Assembly (NCBI GenBank): GCA_040772485.1
Contig: JAXGYC010000009.1
Span: 416,001 to 480,000 of the forward strand
Direction: 5' to 3'
DNA: 64,000 nucleotides
Source: Sedimentisphaerales bacterium
Lineage (GTDB): Bacteria > Planctomycetota > Phycisphaerae > Sedimentisphaerales > Anaerobacaceae
This document shows, one piece after another, positions 32,381 through 40,549 of this stretch. The stretch's first letter is position 1. Every line of letters begins with the position of its first letter. The translations under genes and the position numbers were made by a program. The notes under the pieces are model-generated. The model made no database searches. It was given only the letters and a program-made list of their open reading frames with translations, and was not told where the DNA came from.

Positions 32381-33265
32381 TCAGTCACGCTTGAGCCGCG
32401 CATCCTGGCCGGGACTGACGCCGAATTGGCGTTTGTACTCTCGGCTGAATTGGGGAGCACTCTCGTACCCAACGGCAAAGGCCGCAGCGCTGGCCGTGCG
32501 ACCTTCCTGAAGCATCAGAAGACGCGCCTTGCCGAGCCGCACGCTCTTGACGTATTGAAGAGGCGACATGGTCGTTACGGCCTTGAATTTCTGATAGAAG
32601 GTGGACGGGCTCATCCTGGCCTGACGCGCCAACGATTCGATCTTGATCGGGTCGGTGTAGTTCCGATGCAGGTGATCCAAGACCCGGCTGACCTGCGCGA
32701 AGTGAGTGTCCCTCATCGCCAATGCGCGGAGCGCATCGCCTCCCTTGGTCCGCAGCACACGGTAAACGATCTCCCGGACGCACAGAGGCCCCAGCACTCT
32801 GCAGTCGGCCGGTGATTGCAGACTGTCGAGAAGACGTACCGCTGCGTCTTGCAAGGGTCGGGTCAGAGGACTGACGTACAGACCACGCGGAACCGACGGT
32901 GTGGTGGGGGACTCACCGTCCATTTCCAGGAGCACCTCACCAATCATCGCGGGATCGACACCGATCGCAAGCAGCAGGATCGGATCCTGCGGACTGGCGT
33001 GCGGAGCCTCACACTCAATGGGCATCGGCACCGCTGTGACAAGATAGTGGTCTGCATCATAGACATAGACGTCTCCGCCGAAATAGACACGCTTGGATCC
33101 CCGCGCAACGATGATAATCCAGGGCTCATAGACAGCGGCATGTCTCGGCAAAGGTTGCGTGATGCGAAAGAGCTTAACTCCCGGCAATGAAGTAGGATTT
33201 GGGCCTTCCTGGCGGGCCAGTGCGTCGAGGAGCGTCGCGAGCCGATTGTCTGCCGGAAGCTTCAT
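32381..33265 (-). CDS. AraC-family regulator (AraC_N/YqhC-like)
   Basis: VYEP.IIIVARGSK, C-terminal MSPSTFYQKFKAVTTMSPLQY..VGYESAPQFSREYKRQFG. Confidence 0.9.
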   Translation of the reverse strand: MKLPADNRLATLLDALARQEGPNPTSLPGVKLFRITQPLPRHAAVYEPWIIIVARGSKRVYFGGDVYVYDADHYLVTAVPMPIECEAPHASPQDPILLLAIGVDPAMIGEVLLEMDGESPTTPSVPRGLYVSPLTRPLQDAAVRLLDSLQSPADCRVLGPLCVREIVYRVLRTKGGDALRALAMRDTHFAQVSRVLDHLHRNYTDPIKIESLARQARMSPSTFYQKFKAVTTMSPLQYVKSVRLGKARLLMLQEGRTASAAAFAVGYESAPQFSREYKRQFGVSPGQDARLKRD

Positions 33266-33288
33266 ATCGCGATCATACACCGCAACCC

Positions 33289-33344
33289 AGGACTGGGCAA
33301 GACAACGTAGGATTAGGCAAGAGATTCGTAGGTTCCGGCATTGA
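33289..33344 (+). promoter_or_regulatory. Three direct repeats (AGGAyTrGGCAAGA-like) at 20-21 bp period, candidate AraC binding sites
   Basis: AGGACTGGGCAAGA (33289), AGGATTAGGCAAGA (33309) and AGGTTCCGGCATTGA (33330), between divergent araC and PQQ genes. Confidence 0.7.
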
Positions 33345-33443
33345 TCCAGTGGCAGCCTTAATCCATACTCCGCAGAGGTGAAGGCAGATGGATTTGGTAT
33401 GCCAACCCGCAAACGAGAATGCACGAGAATGCAGAGGAATCCT

Positions 33444-34802
33444 ATGAGAACATCGTCGAATCGATCCTGTCGTTGGCTGGCGGTGACTATCGCCGGCTGT
33501 GGGTGTCTGTGCACTACGATCTCCTGGGCTGCGGATTGGCCGCAATATCTTGGACCGGCCAGAAACTCAAGGTCTCCGGAAAGAGGACTCCTGCGCTCCT
33601 GGCCTGAGAAGGGGCCGGAGGTTCTGTGGACCGTCGCTGTTGGTATAGGTTATGGCGGACCCGTTGTCAAAGACGGCAGGGTCTACCTGCTCGACAGGGA
33701 TGATAAGGTGGGTGACAACCTCCGCTGTCTCGACCTGGCCAACGGCAGCGAGCTCTGGAATTTCGCCTATGAGTCGCCCGGACGCGTTATGTTTCCTGGT
33801 TCGCGCAGTGTGCCGATCGTGGACGGCCATCATGTCTATTCGTGCGGTCCCTATGGCGATCTCTACTGCATCGACACGGACACACACAAGCCCGTCTGGA
33901 ACAAGAACGTGTGGAAAGATTTCGGCGGCGACAGAATCCCGATATGGGCCATTACGCAGTGTCCTTTGATCTACGGCGATTTGCTTATTCTTGCATCTCA
34001 AGCCCCCGATGCCGGTGTGGTGGCTTATGACAAACTCACGGGTGATGTGAGATGGAGAACACCCAATCTCGGCAATGAATCATACGCCAGTCCTTCCGTG
34101 GTGAAGATAGACGGAGAAGACCATGTTGTGATGGTCATCTCATCGACGAATCCCATTGGACATCGTGAATTGCCGCAAACTCTGGGCAATGTTGTTGGGA
34201 TAGAGCCGCTCACGGGAAAGACCCTCTGGCAATATGACAAGTGGCGATGTCACATTTCGGTGCCGAGCGCTGTTGATGCCGGCGAGAACAGAGTGCTGGT
34301 CGTCGGTGGATATGAACTCGGCGCCACAATGATCAAGGTCGAAAAGAAGGCCGACGGCAAGTACGGCACAACAGAGCTCTTTACGACAGAAGAATTCGGC
34401 GACCAGACAAAGCCGCCGATACTGCATAACGGTCACTTCTATGCTCAGTATGGAACCAATAGCCGGCGGGACGGCCTGGTGTGCATGAGCATGGACGGGC
34501 AGGTCAAGTGGAGCACGAGACGTTCACCTGATTTCAACAAGGGCAGTATGATTCTCGTCGACGGCCTGATTCTGGCTACGGACGGCAGGAAGACCTTGCA
34601 CCTGATAGAGCCGGATCCCTCCGGATTCAAGGCACTGGCGTCAGCGGAGGTGCTCGGAGAAGGAGGAACAGGATCAGAAAACGATCCTTTGGCCTCGAGA
34701 GTTGGAGGTTCCACTCAGAACTGGGCACCGTTGGCGCTTTCGGATGGCAAGCTCCTTGTCCGAGACCAGACGAGAATGAAGTGTGTTCAAGTCGCTCAAT
34801 GA
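33444..34802 (+). CDS. PQQ-binding-like (BamB-like) beta-propeller protein 1
   Basis: Signal peptide, [33 protein letters not shown]. Confidence 0.88.
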   Translation: MRTSSNRSCRWLAVTIAGCGCLCTTISWAADWPQYLGPARNSRSPERGLLRSWPEKGPEVLWTVAVGIGYGGPVVKDGRVYLLDRDDKVGDNLRCLDLANGSELWNFAYESPGRVMFPGSRSVPIVDGHHVYSCGPYGDLYCIDTDTHKPVWNKNVWKDFGGDRIPIWAITQCPLIYGDLLILASQAPDAGVVAYDKLTGDVRWRTPNLGNESYASPSVVKIDGEDHVVMVISSTNPIGHRELPQTLGNVVGIEPLTGKTLWQYDKWRCHISVPSAVDAGENRVLVVGGYELGATMIKVEKKADGKYGTTELFTTEEFGDQTKPPILHNGHFYAQYGTNSRRDGLVCMSMDGQVKWSTRRSPDFNKGSMILVDGLILATDGRKTLHLIEPDPSGFKALASAEVLGEGGTGSENDPLASRVGGSTQNWAPLALSDGKLLVRDQTRMKCVQVAQ

Positions 34803-34842
34803 TTCCCGAGAATGTCATATCAATCAACCACAGGAGCAGATC

Positions 34843-36186
34843 ATGAAGGTCAGAGTAACTGTGACAGCAATGATCTTGATGGTAGTCGCCGGCAGCAGTC
34901 TGGCGGCGGATTGGCCGCAATGGCAGGGGCCTGATCGCGACGCCAAGTCCGGGGACACGGGTCTCCTCAAACAGTGGCCCCAAGATGGTCCCCCGCTTGC
35001 CTGGAGGATCGACAAACTCGGCGGGGGTGACGGCGGTCCGGCCATTGCCGCCGGGCGAGTCTTCGTCATGAGCAATCGCGGCGAGGAAGAAGTGGTCTGG
35101 GCCTTGTCCGAGAAGGACGGCAGTGAAATCTGGGTAGCGCCCCTGGGGCCGGCCTTTCGACAGGGGGCCTCGCAGGGAAAAGAGGGGCCGGGATGCACGC
35201 CGACGGTCGATGGCGAACGCCTCTATGTCGAGGGGTTGGGGGGCAATGTGGCTTGCCTGCAGGCCGCAGACGGCAAGATCGTCTGGCAGCGCAGCATGAC
35301 GGAGGATTTCGGCGGGCGCGTACCAAGGTGGAGCTACCGCGAATCACCGCTCGTGGACGGCGACAAGGTAATCGTCACCCCCGGTGGGGCTGATGCGCTG
35401 CTGGTCGCACTGAACAAGCTGACCGGTGAGACGATCTGGAAGGCCAAGCTGCCCGACAGCCCGGCCGGTGAATCTGAAGCGCCGGGCGGCTCTGGCCGCG
35501 GTCGTGGTGGTTTCGGAGGTTTCGGCGGTGGTGGTGGAGCGGCCTACGCCTCGGTTATAGCGATTGACTTCGAAGGACAACGCCAGTATGTGCAGCTCAC
35601 CGCCAATACACTCGTCGGTATCGCGGCGTCAGACGGTGAGTTCCTCTGGCGTTATGACAAGCCTGCCAACCGCATGGGTATTAACTGCACGACAGCAGTA
35701 TTCCATGATGGCATGGTATTTGCTTCCTCAGCCTATGGCGCAGGAGGCGGGTTGGTCAAGCTGAGCAAGGATGCGGATGGTGCCGTCAGGGCCGAGGAAG
35801 TCTATGCCAGCACCGAGATGCAAAACCATCACGGCGGCATGATCCTTCTCGATGGTTATCTCTATGGCGCCAGCGGCGGCAATGAGGGCGGCGCCCTCGT
35901 CTGTCTCGACTTCAAGACAGGCAAAGTCATGTGGGACCAGCGGGCCACCGCCGGTCGTCGCGCGAAGGGTTCGTTGGCGTTGGCCGACGGCATGCTCTAC
36001 TATCGCATGGAGGACGGCACTGTGTGCCTGATCGAACCGAACCCGAAGCAATACATCGAACGCAGCCGCTTCCAACAGCCCGACCGCACCCGCCTGCCAG
36101 CCTGGTCTCACCCGGTCATTGCCAACGGCAACCTGTACATCCGCGATCAGGATGTCTTGTTCTGCTACGACGTCAAGGTGAAGTGA
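34843..36186 (+). CDS. PQQ-binding-like beta-propeller protein 2
   Basis: [45 protein letters not shown]. Confidence 0.88.
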   Translation: MKVRVTVTAMILMVVAGSSLAADWPQWQGPDRDAKSGDTGLLKQWPQDGPPLAWRIDKLGGGDGGPAIAAGRVFVMSNRGEEEVVWALSEKDGSEIWVAPLGPAFRQGASQGKEGPGCTPTVDGERLYVEGLGGNVACLQAADGKIVWQRSMTEDFGGRVPRWSYRESPLVDGDKVIVTPGGADALLVALNKLTGETIWKAKLPDSPAGESEAPGGSGRGRGGFGGFGGGGGAAYASVIAIDFEGQRQYVQLTANTLVGIAASDGEFLWRYDKPANRMGINCTTAVFHDGMVFASSAYGAGGGLVKLSKDADGAVRAEEVYASTEMQNHHGGMILLDGYLYGASGGNEGGALVCLDFKTGKVMWDQRATAGRRAKGSLALADGMLYYRMEDGTVCLIEPNPKQYIERSRFQQPDRTRLPAWSHPVIANGNLYIRDQDVLFCYDVKVK

Positions 36187-36468
36187 AGCTTCGTCGGTCA
36201 ATTACCAAGGTCATGTGAGGTGTGAATTTGCCTCCACAAGGTGTTGCCGGCGCGGTCGTATTTCCGATCGCTGTAATCGGAAATGCCGCGTCGGCACGAT
36301 TATTGAGTGTGTTGTGAGTCAGCATGGTGCGACGAGGAGGTTCGCCTGTCTCACTCGTTGTCTGCGCGAAGCCACTGCGACGATCGCCGATCTCGCCAGC
36401 AGGTCGGCCTCGACGTTCACGCTCCGATTTGCCTGTGAGACCCACGTCCTGGCCAAATGGGCATGAGA

Positions 36469-36498
36469 TTGTCTGCGGGCCGGCGAGAGTGGTATACT
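36469..36498 (+). promoter_or_regulatory. Candidate promoter TTGTCT-N18-(TGn)TATACT for propeller gene 3
   Basis: Extended -10 TGGTATACT followed by an AAGGAGG RBS. Confidence 0.55.
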
Positions 36499-36522
36499 GG
36501 ACGGGAAGAAAGGAGGCAACCT

Positions 36523-37755
36523 ATGAAGACGACGGTTGTTGGGATGGTCACAGGGGTCTTGATTCTGGCCGTGGTGGCTCAGGGAGGGGATTGCCCTCGA
36601 TTTCGTGGGCCGCAGGGCGATGGGGTATTTCCGGAAACGGGCCTGCTGAAGCAATGGCCGGAGGGCGGGCCGAAGCTGGCCTGGTCCGCTGACGGGCTGG
36701 GGCCGGGCTACTCTTCGGCGGTCGTTGTCGACGGGACGGTCTACGTGACCGGCATGGACAACCAGAACCAGGGTGTGCTTTTTGCTTTCGGAGAAGACGG
36801 CTCGCGGAAGTGGAAGGTGGCCTATGGCCCGGAATTCGTCAAGGAGGGTCCCGCTCCGACGGGAACGCGCGGCACCCCGACGGTGGATGGCGGCCGGGTC
36901 TTCGTGATGACCGGCTTCACCAGGCTGGTCATTCTCGACGCGAACAAGGGACAGGCGCTCAAGACCGTCGATCTGCTGGAGCGATTCGGCGCCGAGAAGG
37001 CGAGGTTTGGCTTTGCCGAGTGTGTGCTGGTCGATGGACGCAAGGTCATCTGCACGCCGGGTGGCCCCGACGCATCGCTGGTCGCTCTGGACCGGGAGAC
37101 GGGCGAGACGATCTGGCAGACCAAGGGGCTCGGTCAGCCGTCGGGTTACTGCTCGGCCAGGCTGGTTGACCACGACGGTCGCAGACTGGTGCTGACGATG
37201 CTGGCGAACGGCGTGGTCGCTGTCGATGCCGGTTCAGGCGAGGTCGTCTGGCAGCGCGAATACCCGCACCGCGCCGGGGTTCAGCCCAATCCCCCACTCT
37301 ACGCCGACGGAATGGTCTACGTCGCATCGGGGATGGGCACGGGTGGCGCGATGCTGCCGTTGGCCCAGACGGACGCGGCCGCCAAGTGGACGGACAGGAC
37401 GCTGGATTGCCAGATGCAGGGGACGGTGCTGCTCGATGGCTGTATCTACGGAACCGCCCAGAGCGGAAACCGGGGTCTGGTCTGTCTGGACTGGAAGACG
37501 GGCGAGGTGAAATGGAACGCCCCGGCCGCCAAAATGGGTGTGGTCGTGGCCGCCGACGGCATGCTCTACGTTTATACCCAGGAAGGGACGATGATTCTGG
37601 TGCAGCCAAGCCCCGATGGGTACAAGCCAACGGGGCAGTTTACGATCTCGGCCGGAACCAACGAACACTGGGCCCATCCGACCATCGCCAACGGCAGGCT
37701 GTATGTCCGCCATGGGGACGTCCTGCTGGTCTACGATGTCCGCTCCGGATCGTAG
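36523..37755 (+). CDS. PQQ-binding-like beta-propeller protein 3
   Basis: DCPRFRGPQGDG, WPEGGPKLAW, HWAHPTIANGRLYVRHGD. Confidence 0.88.
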   Translation: MKTTVVGMVTGVLILAVVAQGGDCPRFRGPQGDGVFPETGLLKQWPEGGPKLAWSADGLGPGYSSAVVVDGTVYVTGMDNQNQGVLFAFGEDGSRKWKVAYGPEFVKEGPAPTGTRGTPTVDGGRVFVMTGFTRLVILDANKGQALKTVDLLERFGAEKARFGFAECVLVDGRKVICTPGGPDASLVALDRETGETIWQTKGLGQPSGYCSARLVDHDGRRLVLTMLANGVVAVDAGSGEVVWQREYPHRAGVQPNPPLYADGMVYVASGMGTGGAMLPLAQTDAAAKWTDRTLDCQMQGTVLLDGCIYGTAQSGNRGLVCLDWKTGEVKWNAPAAKMGVVVAADGMLYVYTQEGTMILVQPSPDGYKPTGQFTISAGTNEHWAHPTIANGRLYVRHGDVLLVYDVRSGS

Positions 37756-37785
37756 CGCAAGCGGGCGGGCCCGCACGTCGTGCCC

Positions 37786-37872
37786 GGATTGCGGACCGTG
37801 GATTGGGGATTGCGGATTGCCGATTTGCCTCTGGCGGCGAATCCGCCGTCCGGAATCTGCAATCCGAAATCG
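37786..37872. repeat. Intergenic heptamer (GGATTGC)n/(GCAATCC)n inverted-repeat element
   Basis: GGATTGCGGACCGTGGATTGGGGATTGCGGATTGCCGATT ... AATCCGCCGTCCGGAATCTGCAATCCGAAATC. Confidence 0.8.
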
Positions 37873-37940
37873 GCCGGTACGAGCGAACTACAGAGGCCGG
37901 CATGGGGTATAATCGAGCGTCACAACGCACCACGCGGCCG

Positions 37941-37990
37941 GTGGGCAAGGTATGCCTTGCCCGCACGGGCGAGTAATCATTCGCTCCTAC
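37941..37990. repeat. Two degenerate REPs upstream of the terpenoid operon
   Basis: GGGCAAGGTATGCCTTGCCC hairpin followed by GGGCGAGTAATCATTCGCTCCTAC. Confidence 0.7.
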
Positions 37991-38031
37991 CCGGCGCAGG
38001 GCAATAGACGGTAAGGCAGGGCAGTGATTTT

Positions 38032-38991
38032 ATGACGTCAAGGCAAACCGAGAAGCGGCCGCACGTGGTGTTCTGTAGCTGCGCTCATTACGAGACGATC
38101 CCCGGCGCTGTGAAAGAGCGGGTGTTCAGTTCTCTTCGCGACGCCGGCATGGTCGTGGAGGCGGTGGCCGATCTGTGTGGCATGGCGGCCGACCGGCATC
38201 CGAGATTGCGGCACTGGGCGCAGGCCGAACCGCTGTCGATTGTCGCCTGCTTTCCGCGAGCAATTCGATGGCTGTTCGAAGCTGCCGGCGCGCCGTTGGA
38301 CCTCGGGCGAACGCGGCTGTTCAACATGCGAACCCAGTCACCCGAGGAGATCGCCCGGGAATTGATGAAGGATCATGGATCATGGACGATTGAAGAGAAG
38401 TCGGCGGCTTCCGCCTCCAATCATCAATCGTCAATCGAAAATCATCAATCGGATTGGGTGCCGTGGTTCCCTGTGATTGACTACGAACGGTGCAGGAACT
38501 GCAAGCAGTGCATGAATTTCTGCCTGTTCGGTGTATACGGCCTTTCGAAAGAAGGCCGCGTGCAGGTGCAGAACCCGGCAGGCTGCAAGACGAACTGCCC
38601 GGCGTGCGCGCGGATGTGTCCGGCTTCTGCGATCATCTTCCCCAAGTATGCGGATTCTCCTATCAATGGTGACGACGTGACCCCATCACCCCAAGCGCAG
38701 AGCGAATCCCCTCGCGATTTGCGTCGTCTGCTTCAGGGCGACGTATACGACAAGATTCGCCGTCGTGAACCGGGGCGGAAACGATTCTCCACAGAGGCGC
38801 CGGACCCGGCACCGGGCGGTCCATGTCCGGCGCTGGATGCGTTGCGCCGCGACCTCGACATCCCCGACGATGTTCTCGCGTCGCTGTCGGGCGCCGAGTT
38901 GCAGCGAATCCGGGTGGAGGCGAACAAGGGGCGGGCACAAGAGAAGCCCCGCGATGAGGCCGGCGGCAAGAAAGAGAGTCGCAATGCCTGA
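38032..38991 (+). CDS. Fe-S protein: Cys-rich N-terminal domain + 2x[4Fe-4S] ferredoxin
   Basis: CSC..DLC..ACFPR..NMR N-domain, CRNCKQCMNFC and CKTNCPACARMCP motifs. Confidence 0.85.
   Translation: MTSRQTEKRPHVVFCSCAHYETIPGAVKERVFSSLRDAGMVVEAVADLCGMAADRHPRLRHWAQAEPLSIVACFPRAIRWLFEAAGAPLDLGRTRLFNMRTQSPEEIARELMKDHGSWTIEEKSAASASNHQSSIENHQSDWVPWFPVIDYERCRNCKQCMNFCLFGVYGLSKEGRVQVQNPAGCKTNCPACARMCPASAIIFPKYADSPINGDDVTPSPQAQSESPRDLRRLLQGDVYDKIRRREPGRKRFSTEAPDPAPGGPCPALDALRRDLDIPDDVLASLSGAELQRIRVEANKGRAQEKPRDEAGGKKESRNA
38371..38452. repeat. Heptamer-type inverted repeat in-frame in the ferredoxin linker
   Basis: GATCATGGATCATGGACGATTGA ... CCAATCATCAATCGTCAATCGAAAATCATCAATCGG, encoding DHGSWTIE..NHQSSIENHQS. 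Confidence 0.7.
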
Positions 38992-40549
38992 ATCGCGACT
39001 CCAGCCCGCCGTCGTTCTCGTCGCCGACCGGACGCTCAGCGCCAATTACCGCATCCTCTTCGACGGCATGTTCGCGACGATGCAGATGAGCCAGGTGCCG
39101 GAGGTGTTCATGCGTCACTTCCTCGCACCGCCTGTACGGACGGACGCCGGCGGGCGCGCCCACACCGTGCCGCTGGGACTGCGGCGCGTCGAATCGGCCC
39201 TGCTGAAATACACCTCGCTGGAACGAGACGACGTGGTCTGCACGACGCCCGAGCGGCTGGCGGACGTGATCGGTCCGTGGGTGAAGATCGTGGGCTTCAG
39301 CTCCAGCGATCCACTTGGCATGGGCATGAGCAACACGACCACCTCCAATTTCTGGAAGGGCGAGCTCTATACCCGGCGATGGACGCGCCAGACCCTGGAG
39401 CAACTGACGGCACTGAAGCGCCGATACGGCTTCAGGATCGTCGTCGGCGGCGCCGGAGCCTGGCAGTGGATTGCCCATGCGGACAAGAGGCCGGACGTCG
39501 ATATCGACATGGTCTTTCAAGGCTACTTCGAGGCCTCCGGGCCCGAGCTGTTCGCCGAGCTGTTGAACGGCCGGCTGCCCGCGCGTCACGTGGTCGAAGC
39601 GGACATCGGGGCCGATCGCATTCAGCCGATCCGCGATCCATCGCTGTTGGGGATCATCGAGCTATCGCGCGGTTGCGGCAGGGGCTGCCAGTTCTGCGCG
39701 ATGGCGCGCCAGGGGATGAGGCACCTCGATCCGGACACGATCCTGGCGGACCTGCAAACCAACGTGGCCGGCGGCCTCAAGGCGGTGGTCAGCGGCAGTG
39801 AGGACTTCTTCCGATACGGCGCCAGGGGGCTGCGTCCCGATTTCGAGAAGCTGTGCAATCTGCTGGAACGAATGCGGAGGATCAAGGGTCTGTCGTTCAT
39901 GCAGATCGACCACGCCAACGTGACATCGGTCCTGCAACTTACCGACGAGCAGCTTCGCCAGATCCGGCGTCTGTTGACCTGGGAGCGGCCGAGTGAGTAT
40001 CTATGGGTGAACATGGGCGTCGAAAGCGCCAATGGGCATCTGGTGGCCGCCAACAGCCCGGGCAAAGTAGCTCCCTTCGATCCGGACGACTGGGGACAGA
40101 TGGTCCGCGATGCGGCCGATCGCACGACGCGCTGCGGGTTCTTTCCCGTCGTCAGCGTCCTGCTGGGCATGCCGGGCGAAACGCCGGACGACGTTGTTGC
40201 GACCCTGGAGCTGGTTCGAGATCTTGCGGCAAAGAAAGCCGTCATCTTTCCGATTTTCTATGAGCCGCTCGTCTCGGGCCAAGAGGCCGACCGGCAGCGG
40301 TTTACGCTGGCGAAGATGAGCCCCGAACATCTGGAGCTTTATCGAACCTGCTACGAGCAGAACTTTAGAATGGTCCCCAGGCTGTTTTGGGACAATCAGC
40401 GCGCCGGCGGCGTCTCATGGGCCAGACGTGCCTTCATGCAGGCCCTCGGACGCGGAGAAGTCACGACCTGGCGACGGATCTTCAGGCGATTGCACAGACA
40501 GATGGAACGTTCGGTCCCGATCGTGGGGAAGGAGCAGGTGTATGCCTGA
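38984..40549 (+). CDS. Radical SAM enzyme with B12-binding-like N-domain, resembling the archaeal Grs/Gms family
   Basis: CxxxCxxC in IELSRGCGRGCQFC. N-terminal VLVADRTLSANY, PLGLRRVESAL, SSDPLGMG; later GVES and LLGMPGETPDD. 8-nt overlap with the upstream gene. Confidence 0.85.
   Translation: MPESRLQPAVVLVADRTLSANYRILFDGMFATMQMSQVPEVFMRHFLAPPVRTDAGGRAHTVPLGLRRVESALLKYTSLERDDVVCTTPERLADVIGPWVKIVGFSSSDPLGMGMSNTTTSNFWKGELYTRRWTRQTLEQLTALKRRYGFRIVVGGAGAWQWIAHADKRPDVDIDMVFQGYFEASGPELFAELLNGRLPARHVVEADIGADRIQPIRDPSLLGIIELSRGCGRGCQFCAMARQGMRHLDPDTILADLQTNVAGGLKAVVSGSEDFFRYGARGLRPDFEKLCNLLERMRRIKGLSFMQIDHANVTSVLQLTDEQLRQIRRLLTWERPSEYLWVNMGVESANGHLVAANSPGKVAPFDPDDWGQMVRDAADRTTRCGFFPVVSVLLGMPGETPDDVVATLELVRDLAAKKAVIFPIFYEPLVSGQEADRQRFTLAKMSPEHLELYRTCYEQNFRMVPRLFWDNQRAGGVSWARRAFMQALGRGEVTTWRRIFRRLHRQMERSVPIVGKEQVYA

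Noticed and set aside
35480..35545. Gly-rich [15 protein letters not shown] stretch (and a similar one at about 12765-12850)
   Set aside because: Low-complexity linker common in planctomycete proteins; not a discrete DNA element.
33444..37755. Calling the propellers bamB or PQQ dehydrogenases
   Set aside because: No lipobox or bam context and no pqq genes; this is a generic expanded propeller family.
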